Below, piece after piece: positions 17,536 through 27,963 of a DNA stretch of 56,045 bases. The notes below the pieces were generated by a model that was given only the letters and a program-made list of their open reading frames with translations, was not told where the DNA came from and made no database searches. The DNA is from a virus (lineage: Duplodnaviria; Caudoviricetes): positions 1-56,045 of IMG/VR virus record IMGVR_UViG_3300036790_000795. One strand, written 5' to 3'. The position numbers were made by a program, and so were the translations under genes. Position 1 is the stretch's first letter; each line of letters begins with the position of its first letter.

Positions 17536-18201
17536 ATGACGGAAGCGCAGCGTGAGGTCGCCCCCGACTGGGTTCCCTACCTGGACCTGGATATGGACGT
17601 CAAGCCGTATCTACAGATTCCCGAAGAGAGCACCGACTCGGACACGCAGTTGCAGCTGTTCCTCGACATGGGTTGCGAGTGGGTGCAGCGGTATCTCGGG
17701 CAGCCGGTCGCGCCAACTGAGTTCTTTAGATTTTTCACGAAATGGGGCGGTAGCGACCGCGTCGTGCTGCCGTATGCGCCGGTGCTCGGCGACCTGAAGG
17801 TGATTGAGTGGTGGGCGAGTTCGGGTCCGCATGAATTGACCGAGCAGACCCCTGCGAAACAGGGCAACCAGGAAATGTTTCAGGTAGATCGACTGAAAGG
17901 GATCGTGTTTCGCACCTTCATGGGACTGCTGCCGCGCCCCTATTTCCCCGGCCTGCGTAACATCGAAATCACCTGGACGGCTGGCTACAACCCGATCCCG
18001 GCCGACATCAAGATCGCCACGCTGGAGTTCATCGCACACTGGTGGCGTAACACGCAGCAGGCGAGCCGAGGTGCATCCTCCCCGACGCCGAGGATGGAAG
18101 AATACGGGGGTGCGGACGTGGTGGTGAGCGGCATGTGGGCTGGTGTGCCGAACCGCATCATCAGCCTCCTGAGCCCCTATGAGCAGGTCGGGATCGGATG
18201 A
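17536..18201 (+). CDS. head-tail connector/adaptor (gp6-like)
   Basis: VKPYLQI..D.QL, EITWTAGY..IPADIKIATLEFIAHWW. Confidence 0.8.
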   Translation: MTEAQREVAPDWVPYLDLDMDVKPYLQIPEESTDSDTQLQLFLDMGCEWVQRYLGQPVAPTEFFRFFTKWGGSDRVVLPYAPVLGDLKVIEWWASSGPHELTEQTPAKQGNQEMFQVDRLKGIVFRTFMGLLPRPYFPGLRNIEITWTAGYNPIPADIKIATLEFIAHWWRNTQQASRGASSPTPRMEEYGGADVVVSGMWAGVPNRIISLLSPYEQVGIG

Positions 18202-18704
18202 GCCAAGACCTCGTCTCCTCAGTGCCGGGTATCGTCAAGGCGTTTCTCGGGCTCACGAAAACCGCCGCCGAAGAACAAGAACCGACGGTACCCGTCTTCG
18301 CCTTTCAGCTCGGCCAGTACGAGCCCGCGGGCTTCGTGATCCTTGAGCGCGTCGTCGGGCCGCGCTTCGCGTGGGAGACCATTGGAGCATTCTCCCAGCG
18401 CGAGGTTTACGAGCTGCAGGGGAAGGCGACTGTGTTCTCGGGCGATTCGCCCGCGACCAATCCCGCGCTTTTCGAGCAGGTGATGACGGAAACCTATGCG
18501 CTATTTCAGGCAGTCGTGATGACGCCGGTGATGTCGAACCGGACGATGCCGATACTGGGTACCGAAGGGCCGTCGCCGTTTGAGATGTTGCCGCAGGAAG
18601 CGCACTATGAAGCGGGACCCGCGGAGATGGCTGGCGGTCAGGCTGGCTTCTATGGCCAGGTTGAGTGGGCATTTCAGTTCTCGGCGCTTCTGACGCCAGC
18701 GTAA
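18198..18704 (+). CDS. neck / tail completion protein
   Basis: Position between adaptor and major tail protein. Confidence 0.6.
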   Translation: MSQDLVSSVPGIVKAFLGLTKTAAEEQEPTVPVFAFQLGQYEPAGFVILERVVGPRFAWETIGAFSQREVYELQGKATVFSGDSPATNPALFEQVMTETYALFQAVVMTPVMSNRTMPILGTEGPSPFEMLPQEAHYEAGPAEMAGGQAGFYGQVEWAFQFSALLTPA

Positions 18705-18724
18705 ACACCAACAGAGGGGGCGCT

Positions 18725-19033
18725 ATGCGCTTGTACAACGCCGACCATCAGCCGGTGGTCGTTGACCATGCGCTGCCCGCAGTGCAGCCAGGTGAGAGCC
18801 ACGACTTCACCGACGAGCAGCTCAAGGATGGCATCGCTGGTGTCTGGTCGGCGGAGTCGCCCCGCAGCGTGACGAAGGCGGATTTGCTTGAGCGTGCGCA
18901 GTTGGAAGGGATCGATGTGCCGTCGCGTGCGAGCAAGACGGATATCGAAGAGCTGCTCGCCAGCGGGCAGCAGGCGCCGGAGACGGCGGAGGACGAGCCG
19001 GCCCAGCCGGACGACGACAAGGAGCAAGCATGA
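18725..19033 (+). CDS. hypothetical protein with HeH/LEM-like motif
   Basis: TKADLLERAQLEGIDVPSRASKTDIEELL. Confidence 0.6.
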   Translation: MRLYNADHQPVVVDHALPAVQPGESHDFTDEQLKDGIAGVWSAESPRSVTKADLLERAQLEGIDVPSRASKTDIEELLASGQQAPETAEDEPAQPDDDKEQA

Positions 19034-20085
19034 CCCTGGTCACTGTCGGCTCGGGCCTCGGCGGGTTCACCGCTGTCGCGCCGCAGCCGGAATACGGCGG
19101 CGAGTTCGTGACGCCTACGCGCACACCGCCGTTCAAGTCCAACAAGGCGACCTACGATCCGCATGTTGTGCAGGGCGGTCCATATCTGGCGGGTGGCAGG
19201 CTCGTCGATATCGGCTCGGCGCATGTGCAGGTGTACCGTGACGCGAAGGGCACGATCGCCGGTGACATGATGAGCACTGGCGCGGCACTCCTGCTCGCCG
19301 CGGCGCTTGGGTCCGGGGCGAAACTCGAAGAGCTTGCGATGAGCGGTGCCTATGAGCTTGGGGGTGCCTCTGGGGTTGTCCTTTCGACACCAGCGAAGAA
19401 CATCGGCGACGGGTCTGCGGCGTGCTTCGATATGCAGATCGGTACGCCGACGGATGACGGGACGGTCCATCCCGTGAACCTGCACTCGTGCATCATCACA
19501 AAGGCCGAGTGGGTATTCGACCGGACCGGGGTCGTCACCTTCAGCTATGAATACGACTCACAGTTCGTGGAGCTTGAAACGGCGCTGATCTCCCCGACAT
19601 TCACTACTGGTCCGGTGCCGTTTACGATGGCCAGCGCCGCGAGCGAATTCCTCGCTGGCCCATATGGTGAAGAGGCGGCGGTCGATGGTATCCGCAAGGC
19701 GACGATCACCGTCGAACACAAGCTCGACACGTCGAGGATGTATCTGGGTAGCGAACACAAGAAGACGCCGGTCGCGAACGCGCTGATCGACATCAGCGTC
19801 TCGCTGGAAACCGACTACACGGTCCAGGCGAAGGCGCTGTATGACACGTTCCTGGAAAACGAATCACGGTCACTGATCTGCAACGCTGTCGGCGGCGAAA
19901 TCTCCAGTGAACACAACAACACGTTCGCGATGCAGGTCAGCGACGCGTTCCTGGAATCTGGTGGTGAGGCTGGGCTCGACGGCCCCGACCTCATCAAGAA
20001 CACGTTGAGCTGGAAGGGCAAGATCGACGGGAGCAACCATTCGGCGCTCACGGCGACGCTCATCACCGCGGACTCGACGTTCTGA
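19030..20085 (+). CDS. major tail tube protein
   Basis: GSGLGG N-terminus, VTPTR motif, 351 aa, precedes the chaperone and tape measure. Confidence 0.8.
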   Translation: MTLVTVGSGLGGFTAVAPQPEYGGEFVTPTRTPPFKSNKATYDPHVVQGGPYLAGGRLVDIGSAHVQVYRDAKGTIAGDMMSTGAALLLAAALGSGAKLEELAMSGAYELGGASGVVLSTPAKNIGDGSAACFDMQIGTPTDDGTVHPVNLHSCIITKAEWVFDRTGVVTFSYEYDSQFVELETALISPTFTTGPVPFTMASAASEFLAGPYGEEAAVDGIRKATITVEHKLDTSRMYLGSEHKKTPVANALIDISVSLETDYTVQAKALYDTFLENESRSLICNAVGGEISSEHNNTFAMQVSDAFLESGGEAGLDGPDLIKNTLSWKGKIDGSNHSALTATLITADSTF

Positions 20086-20474
20086 TGGCGGCGCGGAATA
20101 TCTGGCACCTGAAGTGGGAGGGCCAGGATTACACGTTCGACCCGGAGATGCTGCTCGTCGGCCGCATGCGGAAGATCAAGCGGTGGTTCCCGGACATCGG
20201 GCGGTACTCGTCATTCATCCTCGCGCTGTCGCAGGGTGACCCGGATGCTGCGCTGTGCGCATTGTGGATCGTCCGGATGGAGGCGGGCGAGAAGAACGTG
20301 CCGGAGCCCGAAAGGATGCCTGACTTCAGCCTCGGCGACTTCTTTCACGGCGTCGAGGCGATCGGTGAGGACGACGCGGAGGCGGACCCTACCGAGCCGC
20401 CCGCGGAGACATCGGAGACCAGCGTCTCAACGGAGACCCCGACGAACTCCGAATCCGATATCTCGGGCAGCTAG
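20085..20474 (+). CDS. tail assembly chaperone (gpG-like)
   Basis: Position; DPT near the C-terminus; -1 frame extension follows. Confidence 0.7.
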   Translation: MAARNIWHLKWEGQDYTFDPEMLLVGRMRKIKRWFPDIGRYSSFILALSQGDPDAALCALWIVRMEAGEKNVPEPERMPDFSLGDFFHGVEAIGEDDAEADPTEPPAETSETSVSTETPTNSESDISGS

Positions 20475-20593
20475 CGCACGTCTGCAACATCGACGCGCGC
20501 ACCGTTGACGAGCTGTCGTGGATCGACTTTCTGGTCTACGTGCAGTGGTCGGAGTCGTGGCTTGAGGCGAAAGCAAAGGACGGAGGACTGTGA
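20387..20593 (+). CDS. tail assembly chaperone frameshift extension (gpT-like, -1 frame; not in ORF track)
   Basis: Open frame ...ELRIRYLGQLAHVCNIDARTVDELSWIDFLVYVQW... with no start of its own, ending in TGATG coupling at 20593. Confidence 0.65.
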   Translation, partial: PYRAARGDIGDQRLNGDPDELRIRYLGQLAHVCNIDARTVDELSWIDFLVYVQWSESWLEAKAKDGGL

Positions 20594-21069
20594 TGGCGGA
20601 CCTCACGTTCAGCGCGCCGAAAGCAGTCAAAGCGGCCTCCAGCGGGGAGCCGATCGTCGCGGACACGGCGCAGCTCGCCGCGTTTGGCCGGGCGCTGCGC
20701 GCGGGCGCACCAGCAGTGTGGAAGGCGTACAGGGTCGCGGTGCGTCCGGCTGCGGCTGTGGTGCTCGCTGACGCGCAAGCACGGGCGTCCTACTCGTCGC
20801 GCATTCCCGGTTCTGGCCGGATCAGGGTGACGGCTGGCGGGAACGTCAAGGTCATCTTTGGTGGCGACGCGGCGCCTGACGCCGCACCGATCGAGAACCG
20901 CGGCAGAGGGTTCGTGCGCCACCCGGTGTTTGGCAACCGCGAGAACTGGACTGAAAAGAACAGTCATCCGGCGTTCCTCGGGCCAGCGTTTGCCGCGCAC
21001 CAAGTGGAGGCGATGGAGACGATCGAGCGTGCGGTGCTGGCGGCGATCGACGCAGTGATCGGAGGCTGA
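20593..21069 (+). CDS. HK97 gp10-like neck/tail protein
   Basis: RHPVFGNR..W....PAFL.PA motif. Confidence 0.7.
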   Translation: MADLTFSAPKAVKAASSGEPIVADTAQLAAFGRALRAGAPAVWKAYRVAVRPAAAVVLADAQARASYSSRIPGSGRIRVTAGGNVKVIFGGDAAPDAAPIENRGRGFVRHPVFGNRENWTEKNSHPAFLGPAFAAHQVEAMETIERAVLAAIDAVIGG

Positions 21070-21070
21070 G

Positions 21071-24000
21071 ATGCCCGCACGTACCGTTGAGGTCGCTTTT
21101 TTAGGCACGACCGCTCAGCTTGAGGCTGCGCTTGAGCGCGCTGGTCTCGTGGCGGAGTCGATGAGCAAGACGATCAGTGAGTCTGCTGCGGAGGCCGGGA
21201 AGGCTGCCGCCGCCCAAGCGAAGCTGATGGGCGCGTCCGCTGACGAGCAGGCTGCGGCAGCGGGGCGTGCCTCGGCGGCGTACACGGACGCGCAGGTGAA
21301 GATCACCCGTGCACAGAAGGCTGCTGGTGCTGCTGCCGCGGAGGCAGCGAAGGCGATGGGTGCGAGCGCGGATGAGCAGGTCGCTGCGTCTGAGCGGGCT
21401 GTTGCGGCGCAGAAAGCGGTCGAGGATGCGTCTTTACAGGCTGCCGGGGTCGCGGAGGCGACGGGCGCACGTATCGGCACTGCGTTCGAGGACGGTGCTG
21501 GCAGGGCTGGGAGTGCGCTGACGAAACTCGGCTCGATGGGAGCCTCGTGGGGCATCCCGTTCGCGATGTCGCTGCAGAAGATCGGCACGCAGTTCGATGG
21601 GGCCGCCACGAAGGGCGAGAAGTTCGCCGCGACGATGGCTGGCCTCGGCAAGATGACGCTCGGCGTCGGTCTGGTTGGTGGCTTGGCGGCTGGCTATGAG
21701 GGTGTGAAGGGCGCGGCCCGGCTGGAAGAACAGACCCTGCGCTACCACACGCAGGCTGGCGCGTCGCTGCCGCAGTCACACGAACTCGAGAAGGGCGTCC
21801 TTAACATGGCGCCCGAAGTCGGGCAGTCACCGCAGGTGCTCGCCGAATCGATGTACCACGTCGTTTCGGTGATGAACAAGATGTCACCGGCGGTCAAATC
21901 GACCTCGAATGAGCTGAAGGTCCTGAAGATCGCCAGCGAGGGCGCTGATGTCGGCGGCGCAAACCTCGTCGAAGTCCAGAACGCGCTGGATGCGGCGATC
22001 GCCGCGAAACTGAAGGGGATCGGTAACTACTCGGCTGCGATGGGGCAGCTGAACAAGATCGTCGGCTCCGGCGACATGACGATGGAAGACCTCGCCGAAG
22101 CCTTCAAAAACGGGCTCGCGTCCCTCGCTCCGTTCGGCGTGTCACTGAAGGACATCGGTGGCGCGCTCGCAACATTCGGCGATAACAACATTCGTGGTGC
22201 GAAGGCCGCGACGCTGCTGGAGTCAACGGTGCGGATCATGGCCGCGCCGTCCAACACGGCTGCGGAATATCTGAGGACGGTCGGCTTGAGCGCAACGGAG
22301 CTCGGACAGGACATCCGCAGCAAAGGCTTGATCTCGGCCCTGGAAGACCTTGAGTGGCACCTGAAGTCGTCTGGTGCAACCGCATCTCAGCAGGCGCGGA
22401 TTCTGACACAGTCGTTCGGTAGCCGGCAGGCGAAGGGCGTCGAGGTTCTGATCTCGCAGATGGGGCGCTTGAAGGCGTCCACGCGAGAAGTTGGACAGTC
22501 CGGCAGCGAAATGCCGAAGTCCTATGAAGAGTGGTTGCACACGCTGCCGGGCGAGATGCACCAGCTCGAGGCGACGATCGAGCAGCTGGCGGACAAGTTC
22601 GGGATGTACCTGATCCCGAAGCTGGAGGGGGTCGGGCACGCTGTCGGCGATGTGATCGGCTGGTTCGATGAGAACAAGGGCGCTGCCGAAACCCTCGCGC
22701 ATGTCATCGAGGGCGTTCTTGGTTTGGCGGTGCTTGTCTTCGCCGAGCAGAAGGCCGTCGCGTTCGGCAAGGGCGTCTCGAACATGGTCGGCGACCTCCA
22801 CAAGCTCGGCGGCGCGATCACCGGCACGACTGGGACGATGGAGGCACAGTACGCGGCGCAGGCCGAGGCGTCGAACGCAGCGACGGAGAAGATCACTGCG
22901 GATTCAGCTGCTGCGGCTGAGGCGGCGCAGGCTGAGGCCGCGAAGATGCAGATGAGCTTCGGTGAGATCGACTCCGGGTTCGCGACTGCCGCGACCGCCT
23001 CGGAGACCGCCGAGGGCCAGATGCAGATGAGCTTCGCTGGGATGGCGACGGCTGCTGGGGCTGCTGAGGGTGAGATCGCCGGGTCGCTGGGGACGGAGGA
23101 GGCGACCGTCGCGACAGTCGACGGCTCGATCGAGGCCGAGAATGCTGCCGCTGGCGCGTCGTTCAAGGCGATGCTCGGACCGATCGGCGCGGTCATGGCG
23201 GCGTTAGCCGTGGCGCAGCCTTTCATCAAAGAAGTCACTGGTGGCGACCTCACCGAAAGCACCTCGAAGGAAAAGGAATTCCTGGACAAGTCCAACACTG
23301 CTGTCAGCAGCCGCACAAACACCAAGCAGTACGCTCTCCGCCGCGAGCTAGAAGAACACGGACTTCGACCCGACGCTGCGGCTGGAATAGTCGGCAATAT
23401 CGGCCAGGAGTCAACTTACGACACCGAAGCCGGGTACATGGGTGTCGGAGGGCACTACGGCCTCATGCAGTGGGACCAGGAAGGGCAAGCCGGCCTGCGG
23501 GCGTACGCAAAGAAGCATCTTGAGTCCCCGGCGTTGCCGGAAGTGCAGATCGGGTATCTCATGCAGGAGCTACACGGCCCAGATGCGAGCGTCCTCGCCG
23601 CGATCCAGAAAGCCAAGAATCCACAGGCGGCTGCGCGGATCTTCGAGGAACAGTTCGAGCGCGCCGGGAAGGCCGAAGCGAACATCCCACGTCGAGAATC
23701 TATGGCAGCCGAAGCGCTGCGCGCTTCCCCGCACGCTAGACACACGGACTTGAAGTCGGCTGAGCAGAAGGGGGCGCAGGAAGCACTCGAAGCCTTGGGG
23801 CATACAGGTCACTCCAAGCACTACATCGAAGAAGAAAGCGAAGCCGAAAAGGAGCAGAAGAAGAAGGTTGCGGCGTCGCTCGGTATCCCTGTCGGTGTCG
23901 CGACGATGCTAAAGACAGCACAGGCGCTCGTCGGCACCGGGTACACCTCTGGTGGTGGGCATGCCGGCTGGGACCCTGTAGCGGCACTGAAGCAGATCGG

Positions 24001-25768
24001 GGTTGACTGCTCCGGTTTCGTGTCGCAGGTGCTGCATTCTGGTGGCTCCCCATTGTCGAACCCGCTCACCACCGAAGGACTTGCGCAGACCAACGCTCTC
24101 ACCAAGGGCCACGGCAAGTACGTCACCGTCTTCGACCGTGCGAACGCGGGCGAGAACAGCCATGCGCTGATCGACGTTCTTGGTCACTACTACGAGTCGG
24201 GCGGCAACCCCGAGTACAACCCCAGGGGCGGCGTCACGGCGCTCACGAAGGCGCAGGCTGAGGGTGAGCTGTCCGGCGGCGGCTTCGTTGCCTACCGTCC
24301 AACAGGCCAGCTCAACCGCGCGGAACTGCATCGCAAGGGCGTCACCGAAGCGGAACTGTTGAAGCAGACGGGTGCCGACACGACACTCGAACTTGCCGAG
24401 CGCCACGAAGCAGAAGTCAAGAGCCTGCGCGCCAAAGGCGGCGCGCTGCTGAAGACGCTACAGAGTGACATGCAGACCGGGACGGCGCGCACCCTGGAGA
24501 AAGAGACCGGCGCGACATCCAAGAACATGACGGGCCGGGGCTCCGAGGTGCGCGCCCAGTTCCAGGAACTCGTCGACGCTCTCCGCGGCACCCACGAAAA
24601 AGGCCTCGACAAGCTCACTGAGGAACTCGTCCACGCGCACTACAACGCGCTACAGACCCTGAACGCGGACCTGTCCGCTGCAGCATCGGAGGCGCACGCT
24701 CGGGGCTTGACGCTAGATGCGACGGAGCTGAAAGACCGGACGGCGATCGCTGAACAGCAGGCCGTTAAGGAGGTCGAAGTCGCCAAGGACATGGCCGACC
24801 GCGTCACCGACGAACTAGGCAACGCGGCCACCGCGTTGAAGGACGCGGGCCAGTCGATCAGCGACACATTCTCTGCGCAGGCGACGCTGATCAAGGACCA
24901 GACCAACGAAATGAACATCGCTGCGCAGGCAGCGGTGCAGCAGGTCACCGACAAGTCGCAGACGGAAGTCGACCGGCTCGCTGAGCGCGGCCTGTATGGC
25001 CTGGAACTCGTCGCGCAGCAGCAGCAGGTCGGTCTCGACGAATCGAAAACGGGCTATGACGCGCAGATCGCACAGTCCGAAGCTGCGGTCGCGAAAGCAC
25101 AGACCGAAACGGACAACACCTCAGCGGCAGTGCAGGCGTACATCGATGCGGTCACCGGCCAGCAGGACACGATCGTCGGTGCGGCGAAGACGGCGCTCGC
25201 CGGCACCGAAGAGACTCAGCACCAGGCAGTCCTGGAAGCCAAGTCGCATCTCGCGGAAGTGTCTGCGACGACCGACAAGGCCGTGCAGCAGGCCTCCAAT
25301 GCCGAGGAAAAGGCTGCGACGGGAAGCAAGGCACAACAGGAAACGGCCGCGTCGAACCTGAAGTACGCCGAAGCGCAGCAGAAGATGCAGGTTGCACAGG
25401 CCGAAGCTGCGGTGAAGGCTGCGGAAACGGCTGCGAACGCGACAATCCAGGGTGCTCAGAGCACGCTCTCCCAGGCCGAAGGGCATGCTTCGGTCGCCGA
25501 GCAGGAAGCTCAGAACGCGCTCTCGACAGCACAGGGTAACGCCTCGGTCGTGCTCGCGAGCGCTGAACAGACCTTGGCGGAGGCGAAGAACAAAGCTGCG
25601 TTGAATGAAGCTGAACAGAAGGCGCTGGTCGAAAAGACGCGCGAGGAGGCGCAGACCCAGTTCGCTGGCAGCGGCGCGGTGATCAATATCACTGGGGTCC
25701 CGCTGACTGACTCGGCTGCTATCGCGTCAGAGGTCGGCTGGGCGCTCCGCACCCAAGTTCCCGCATGA
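21071..25768 (+). CDS. tape measure protein with tail lysozyme and NlpC/P60 domains
   Basis: 1565 aa, Ala-rich; TP901-type core; AAAGIVGNIGQES..GLMQW..FEEQFERAG (lysozyme); VDCSGFVSQVL..H (NlpC/P60). Confidence 0.93.
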   Translation: MPARTVEVAFLGTTAQLEAALERAGLVAESMSKTISESAAEAGKAAAAQAKLMGASADEQAAAAGRASAAYTDAQVKITRAQKAAGAAAAEAAKAMGASADEQVAASERAVAAQKAVEDASLQAAGVAEATGARIGTAFEDGAGRAGSALTKLGSMGASWGIPFAMSLQKIGTQFDGAATKGEKFAATMAGLGKMTLGVGLVGGLAAGYEGVKGAARLEEQTLRYHTQAGASLPQSHELEKGVLNMAPEVGQSPQVLAESMYHVVSVMNKMSPAVKSTSNELKVLKIASEGADVGGANLVEVQNALDAAIAAKLKGIGNYSAAMGQLNKIVGSGDMTMEDLAEAFKNGLASLAPFGVSLKDIGGALATFGDNNIRGAKAATLLESTVRIMAAPSNTAAEYLRTVGLSATELGQDIRSKGLISALEDLEWHLKSSGATASQQARILTQSFGSRQAKGVEVLISQMGRLKASTREVGQSGSEMPKSYEEWLHTLPGEMHQLEATIEQLADKFGMYLIPKLEGVGHAVGDVIGWFDENKGAAETLAHVIEGVLGLAVLVFAEQKAVAFGKGVSNMVGDLHKLGGAITGTTGTMEAQYAAQAEASNAATEKITADSAAAAEAAQAEAAKMQMSFGEIDSGFATAATASETAEGQMQMSFAGMATAAGAAEGEIAGSLGTEEATVATVDGSIEAENAAAGASFKAMLGPIGAVMAALAVAQPFIKEVTGGDLTESTSKEKEFLDKSNTAVSSRTNTKQYALRRELEEHGLRPDAAAGIVGNIGQESTYDTEAGYMGVGGHYGLMQWDQEGQAGLRAYAKKHLESPALPEVQIGYLMQELHGPDASVLAAIQKAKNPQAAARIFEEQFERAGKAEANIPRRESMAAEALRASPHARHTDLKSAEQKGAQEALEALGHTGHSKHYIEEESEAEKEQKKKVAASLGIPVGVATMLKTAQALVGTGYTSGGGHAGWDPVAALKQIGVDCSGFVSQVLHSGGSPLSNPLTTEGLAQTNALTKGHGKYVTVFDRANAGENSHALIDVLGHYYESGGNPEYNPRGGVTALTKAQAEGELSGGGFVAYRPTGQLNRAELHRKGVTEAELLKQTGADTTLELAERHEAEVKSLRAKGGALLKTLQSDMQTGTARTLEKETGATSKNMTGRGSEVRAQFQELVDALRGTHEKGLDKLTEELVHAHYNALQTLNADLSAAASEAHARGLTLDATELKDRTAIAEQQAVKEVEVAKDMADRVTDELGNAATALKDAGQSISDTFSAQATLIKDQTNEMNIAAQAAVQQVTDKSQTEVDRLAERGLYGLELVAQQQQVGLDESKTGYDAQIAQSEAAVAKAQTETDNTSAAVQAYIDAVTGQQDTIVGAAKTALAGTEETQHQAVLEAKSHLAEVSATTDKAVQQASNAEEKAATGSKAQQETAASNLKYAEAQQKMQVAQAEAAVKAAETAANATIQGAQSTLSQAEGHASVAEQEAQNALSTAQGNASVVLASAEQTLAEAKNKAALNEAEQKALVEKTREEAQTQFAGSGAVINITGVPLTDSAAIASEVGWALRTQVPA

Positions 25769-25789
25769 CAGTCTCGCAGGGGGTGGGCA

Positions 25790-26677
25790 GTGGCGTTTCC
25801 GGAATACGGCGTTGAGCCGCCTACCCTCGAACCATACCAGTGGCAGTTCCAGGGCTACACGTTTGGTCCCGGCTGCGCGTTGGAGGTGAAGAAGATCGAA
25901 GGGATCGATCTTCCCACGATCCGCTCGGGTGACTCCGGGCGGCCCCGTGACCACGGCTTGTTTACCGGGCTGGATGTGATGGGGGGGCGTGAAATCACGA
26001 TCACCGGGGACCTGCAACTCGACTTCGAAGCCGAAGCGGGCTCCAAGCTAGCCGGCGCGACGCTTCCCTCGGGCATGGAAGAGCTCCCGTTGTATATGGG
26101 GCTGCCGGGATACGGGACCCTGGCGACACTCGCGAGGGTCCGTAAGCGCCAGATGCCGGTCGATATTACGTATGCGCTTGGTGGACTGGCGGAAGTCACT
26201 CTGCTGTTCGCGGCGGCTGACCCTCGCTGGTACGGACCAACCGAAGCGGCCTCGACGAGTACGACAGGCGAATCCTCGGGTTTTAGTTTCCCGTTCGGCT
26301 TCGACCTGGGGTTTGGTGGCGGTAGCGAGGTCGGGGCGCTCCAGGTCGTCAACGCCGGGACCATCGAGACGAGGCCGATCCTTGTCATCGAAGGACCGTC
26401 TTTGAACCCGTCCGTGACGAATGCGACGGCACCGGGTGCTCCCGCGTTGACGTTCAACATCGCACTCAACGCCGGGGACCGTCTGGTGGTCGATACGGAT
26501 ATGCACACAGTGACCTACTACACGGCAGGGACGACCGTAGGCTCTGACCGCCTGGACGCGCTCGCGATCGGCTCACAATGGTGGGTCCTTGAACCCGGTA
26601 CGACATCGTTGCAGTTCACCTCCACATCGGGCGAAGGCGAACTAACTGTGCAGTGGGCGTCTGCACGGATATTGTGA
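25790..26677 (+). CDS. distal tail protein (Dit-like)
   Basis: Follows TMP; REITITG, AADPRWYG, VNAGT...P.L.I.GP..NP, LEPG. Confidence 0.85.
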   Translation: MAFPEYGVEPPTLEPYQWQFQGYTFGPGCALEVKKIEGIDLPTIRSGDSGRPRDHGLFTGLDVMGGREITITGDLQLDFEAEAGSKLAGATLPSGMEELPLYMGLPGYGTLATLARVRKRQMPVDITYALGGLAEVTLLFAAADPRWYGPTEAASTSTTGESSGFSFPFGFDLGFGGGSEVGALQVVNAGTIETRPILVIEGPSLNPSVTNATAPGAPALTFNIALNAGDRLVVDTDMHTVTYYTAGTTVGSDRLDALAIGSQWWVLEPGTTSLQFTSTSGEGELTVQWASARIL

Positions 26678-27963
26678 TGGCGTTCGCGACGACACCCGCA
26701 AGTCCATTCTCCTACTACGCCTATGATCTCCTCTCGGGCAAGTTCGTTGGACAGGTGCCGTTGCGCACTGTGTCATTCGGACAGCAGCTCAATGCCGCTG
26801 GCACACTGGCAGGGACCATCGACTCAAGAGACCCGCGGGTGCGAGAGACGAACCCCCGCGCATGCACAATCCCGAACCGCACGCTGATCGTCGCCGACTA
26901 CAAGGGCAGCATCGTCGCGGACGGCATCGTGCTGCCACGCAAGCCAAATGTCGACTCGACGCCGACGAGCACCACGGGCACGATGGAACCGTCGTGCTCG
27001 AGCACCTGGGCGTACTTCGCGCAGCGCGTCCAAGCGACCGACTACAGCGCACCGCCGTATTCGGGGATCACTGGCCTCACACCGATGAGCCTGTGGCCGC
27101 AAACGCCGTGGGATGCGTCCCTGATCGTCTGCCAGCTCCTTGAGGACGCGATCGGGTACAGCAACCACAGGAGCATGCCGTACGGAGATCTGCTCGGGGG
27201 CCTCGGAGTGCTGCTCAACGGTGAGGTTCCTTCCGGTGGGAGCCCTGCAGCGGCGGAAGAGTTCTGGATTGCGATGACCTACCCGTACACGAGCGCGCAG
27301 ACGATCGAATCGATTGTGAGTCAGATTGCGCAGCTCGGGCTCGGTGTCGCCCCAGACATCGGTGTGGACTTGGCCTACAGCGATGGTCCGGGCTCCCCGC
27401 CGATCGGGACGATCAACGTGTCCCATCCACGCAGGGGAAGGACCGTTGAAGAAAACCATCTGACGATCGACCTGACGACCGCACGGAAATACAGTTTTCC
27501 GGAGGACGGCAGTGAAGCCGCGAACCAGGTGTACGAGATCGGTGGCTCCGGGGCGCTTGTCATCGACCAGAACATTTACCCGTTGGAACAGGGCTATCCG
27601 TTGTGGGAGCGTGTGATTAGCCGTGCGCAGATCCAGTCGCAGCACATCACGAGCATCCTCAGCCAGATAGGGGTGAGCGACCTAGCGATGTATAGCTATG
27701 CGCCAGTCACACCGACGGTGACGTTGAGCGCCTTTGACCCGCATCTGCCGTTAGGCTCCTACATCGTCGGTGACGATGTGAGGATCGTAATGCCAGCACT
27801 CGGCCCGGACGGCCAGGTGTTCGACCCGGAATTCCCAGAAGGGTTGGATCAGGAGTGGCGGATCACCGGCTGGAAGACGACCGTTGCTGACCAGGGGGAT
27901 GCCATGACGGAATTCATGTTCTCTCAGCCGCCGTACCTCGAAGCTATCGCTCCGGCTGTCTGA
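26677..27963 (+). CDS. minor tail / baseplate hub (Tal-like) protein
   Basis: DLLSG, LNAAG, EDGSEAANQV, LGSYIVGDDVRI, WRITG. Confidence 0.8.
   Translation: MAFATTPASPFSYYAYDLLSGKFVGQVPLRTVSFGQQLNAAGTLAGTIDSRDPRVRETNPRACTIPNRTLIVADYKGSIVADGIVLPRKPNVDSTPTSTTGTMEPSCSSTWAYFAQRVQATDYSAPPYSGITGLTPMSLWPQTPWDASLIVCQLLEDAIGYSNHRSMPYGDLLGGLGVLLNGEVPSGGSPAAAEEFWIAMTYPYTSAQTIESIVSQIAQLGLGVAPDIGVDLAYSDGPGSPPIGTINVSHPRRGRTVEENHLTIDLTTARKYSFPEDGSEAANQVYEIGGSGALVIDQNIYPLEQGYPLWERVISRAQIQSQHITSILSQIGVSDLAMYSYAPVTPTVTLSAFDPHLPLGSYIVGDDVRIVMPALGPDGQVFDPEFPEGLDQEWRITGWKTTVADQGDAMTEFMFSQPPYLEAIAPAV

Noticed and set aside
17524-21073. 15-bp repeat TCGGAGGCTGAGATG at 17524 and 21059
   Set aside because: Consists of RBS, stop and start codons; convergent translation signal rather than a distinct element
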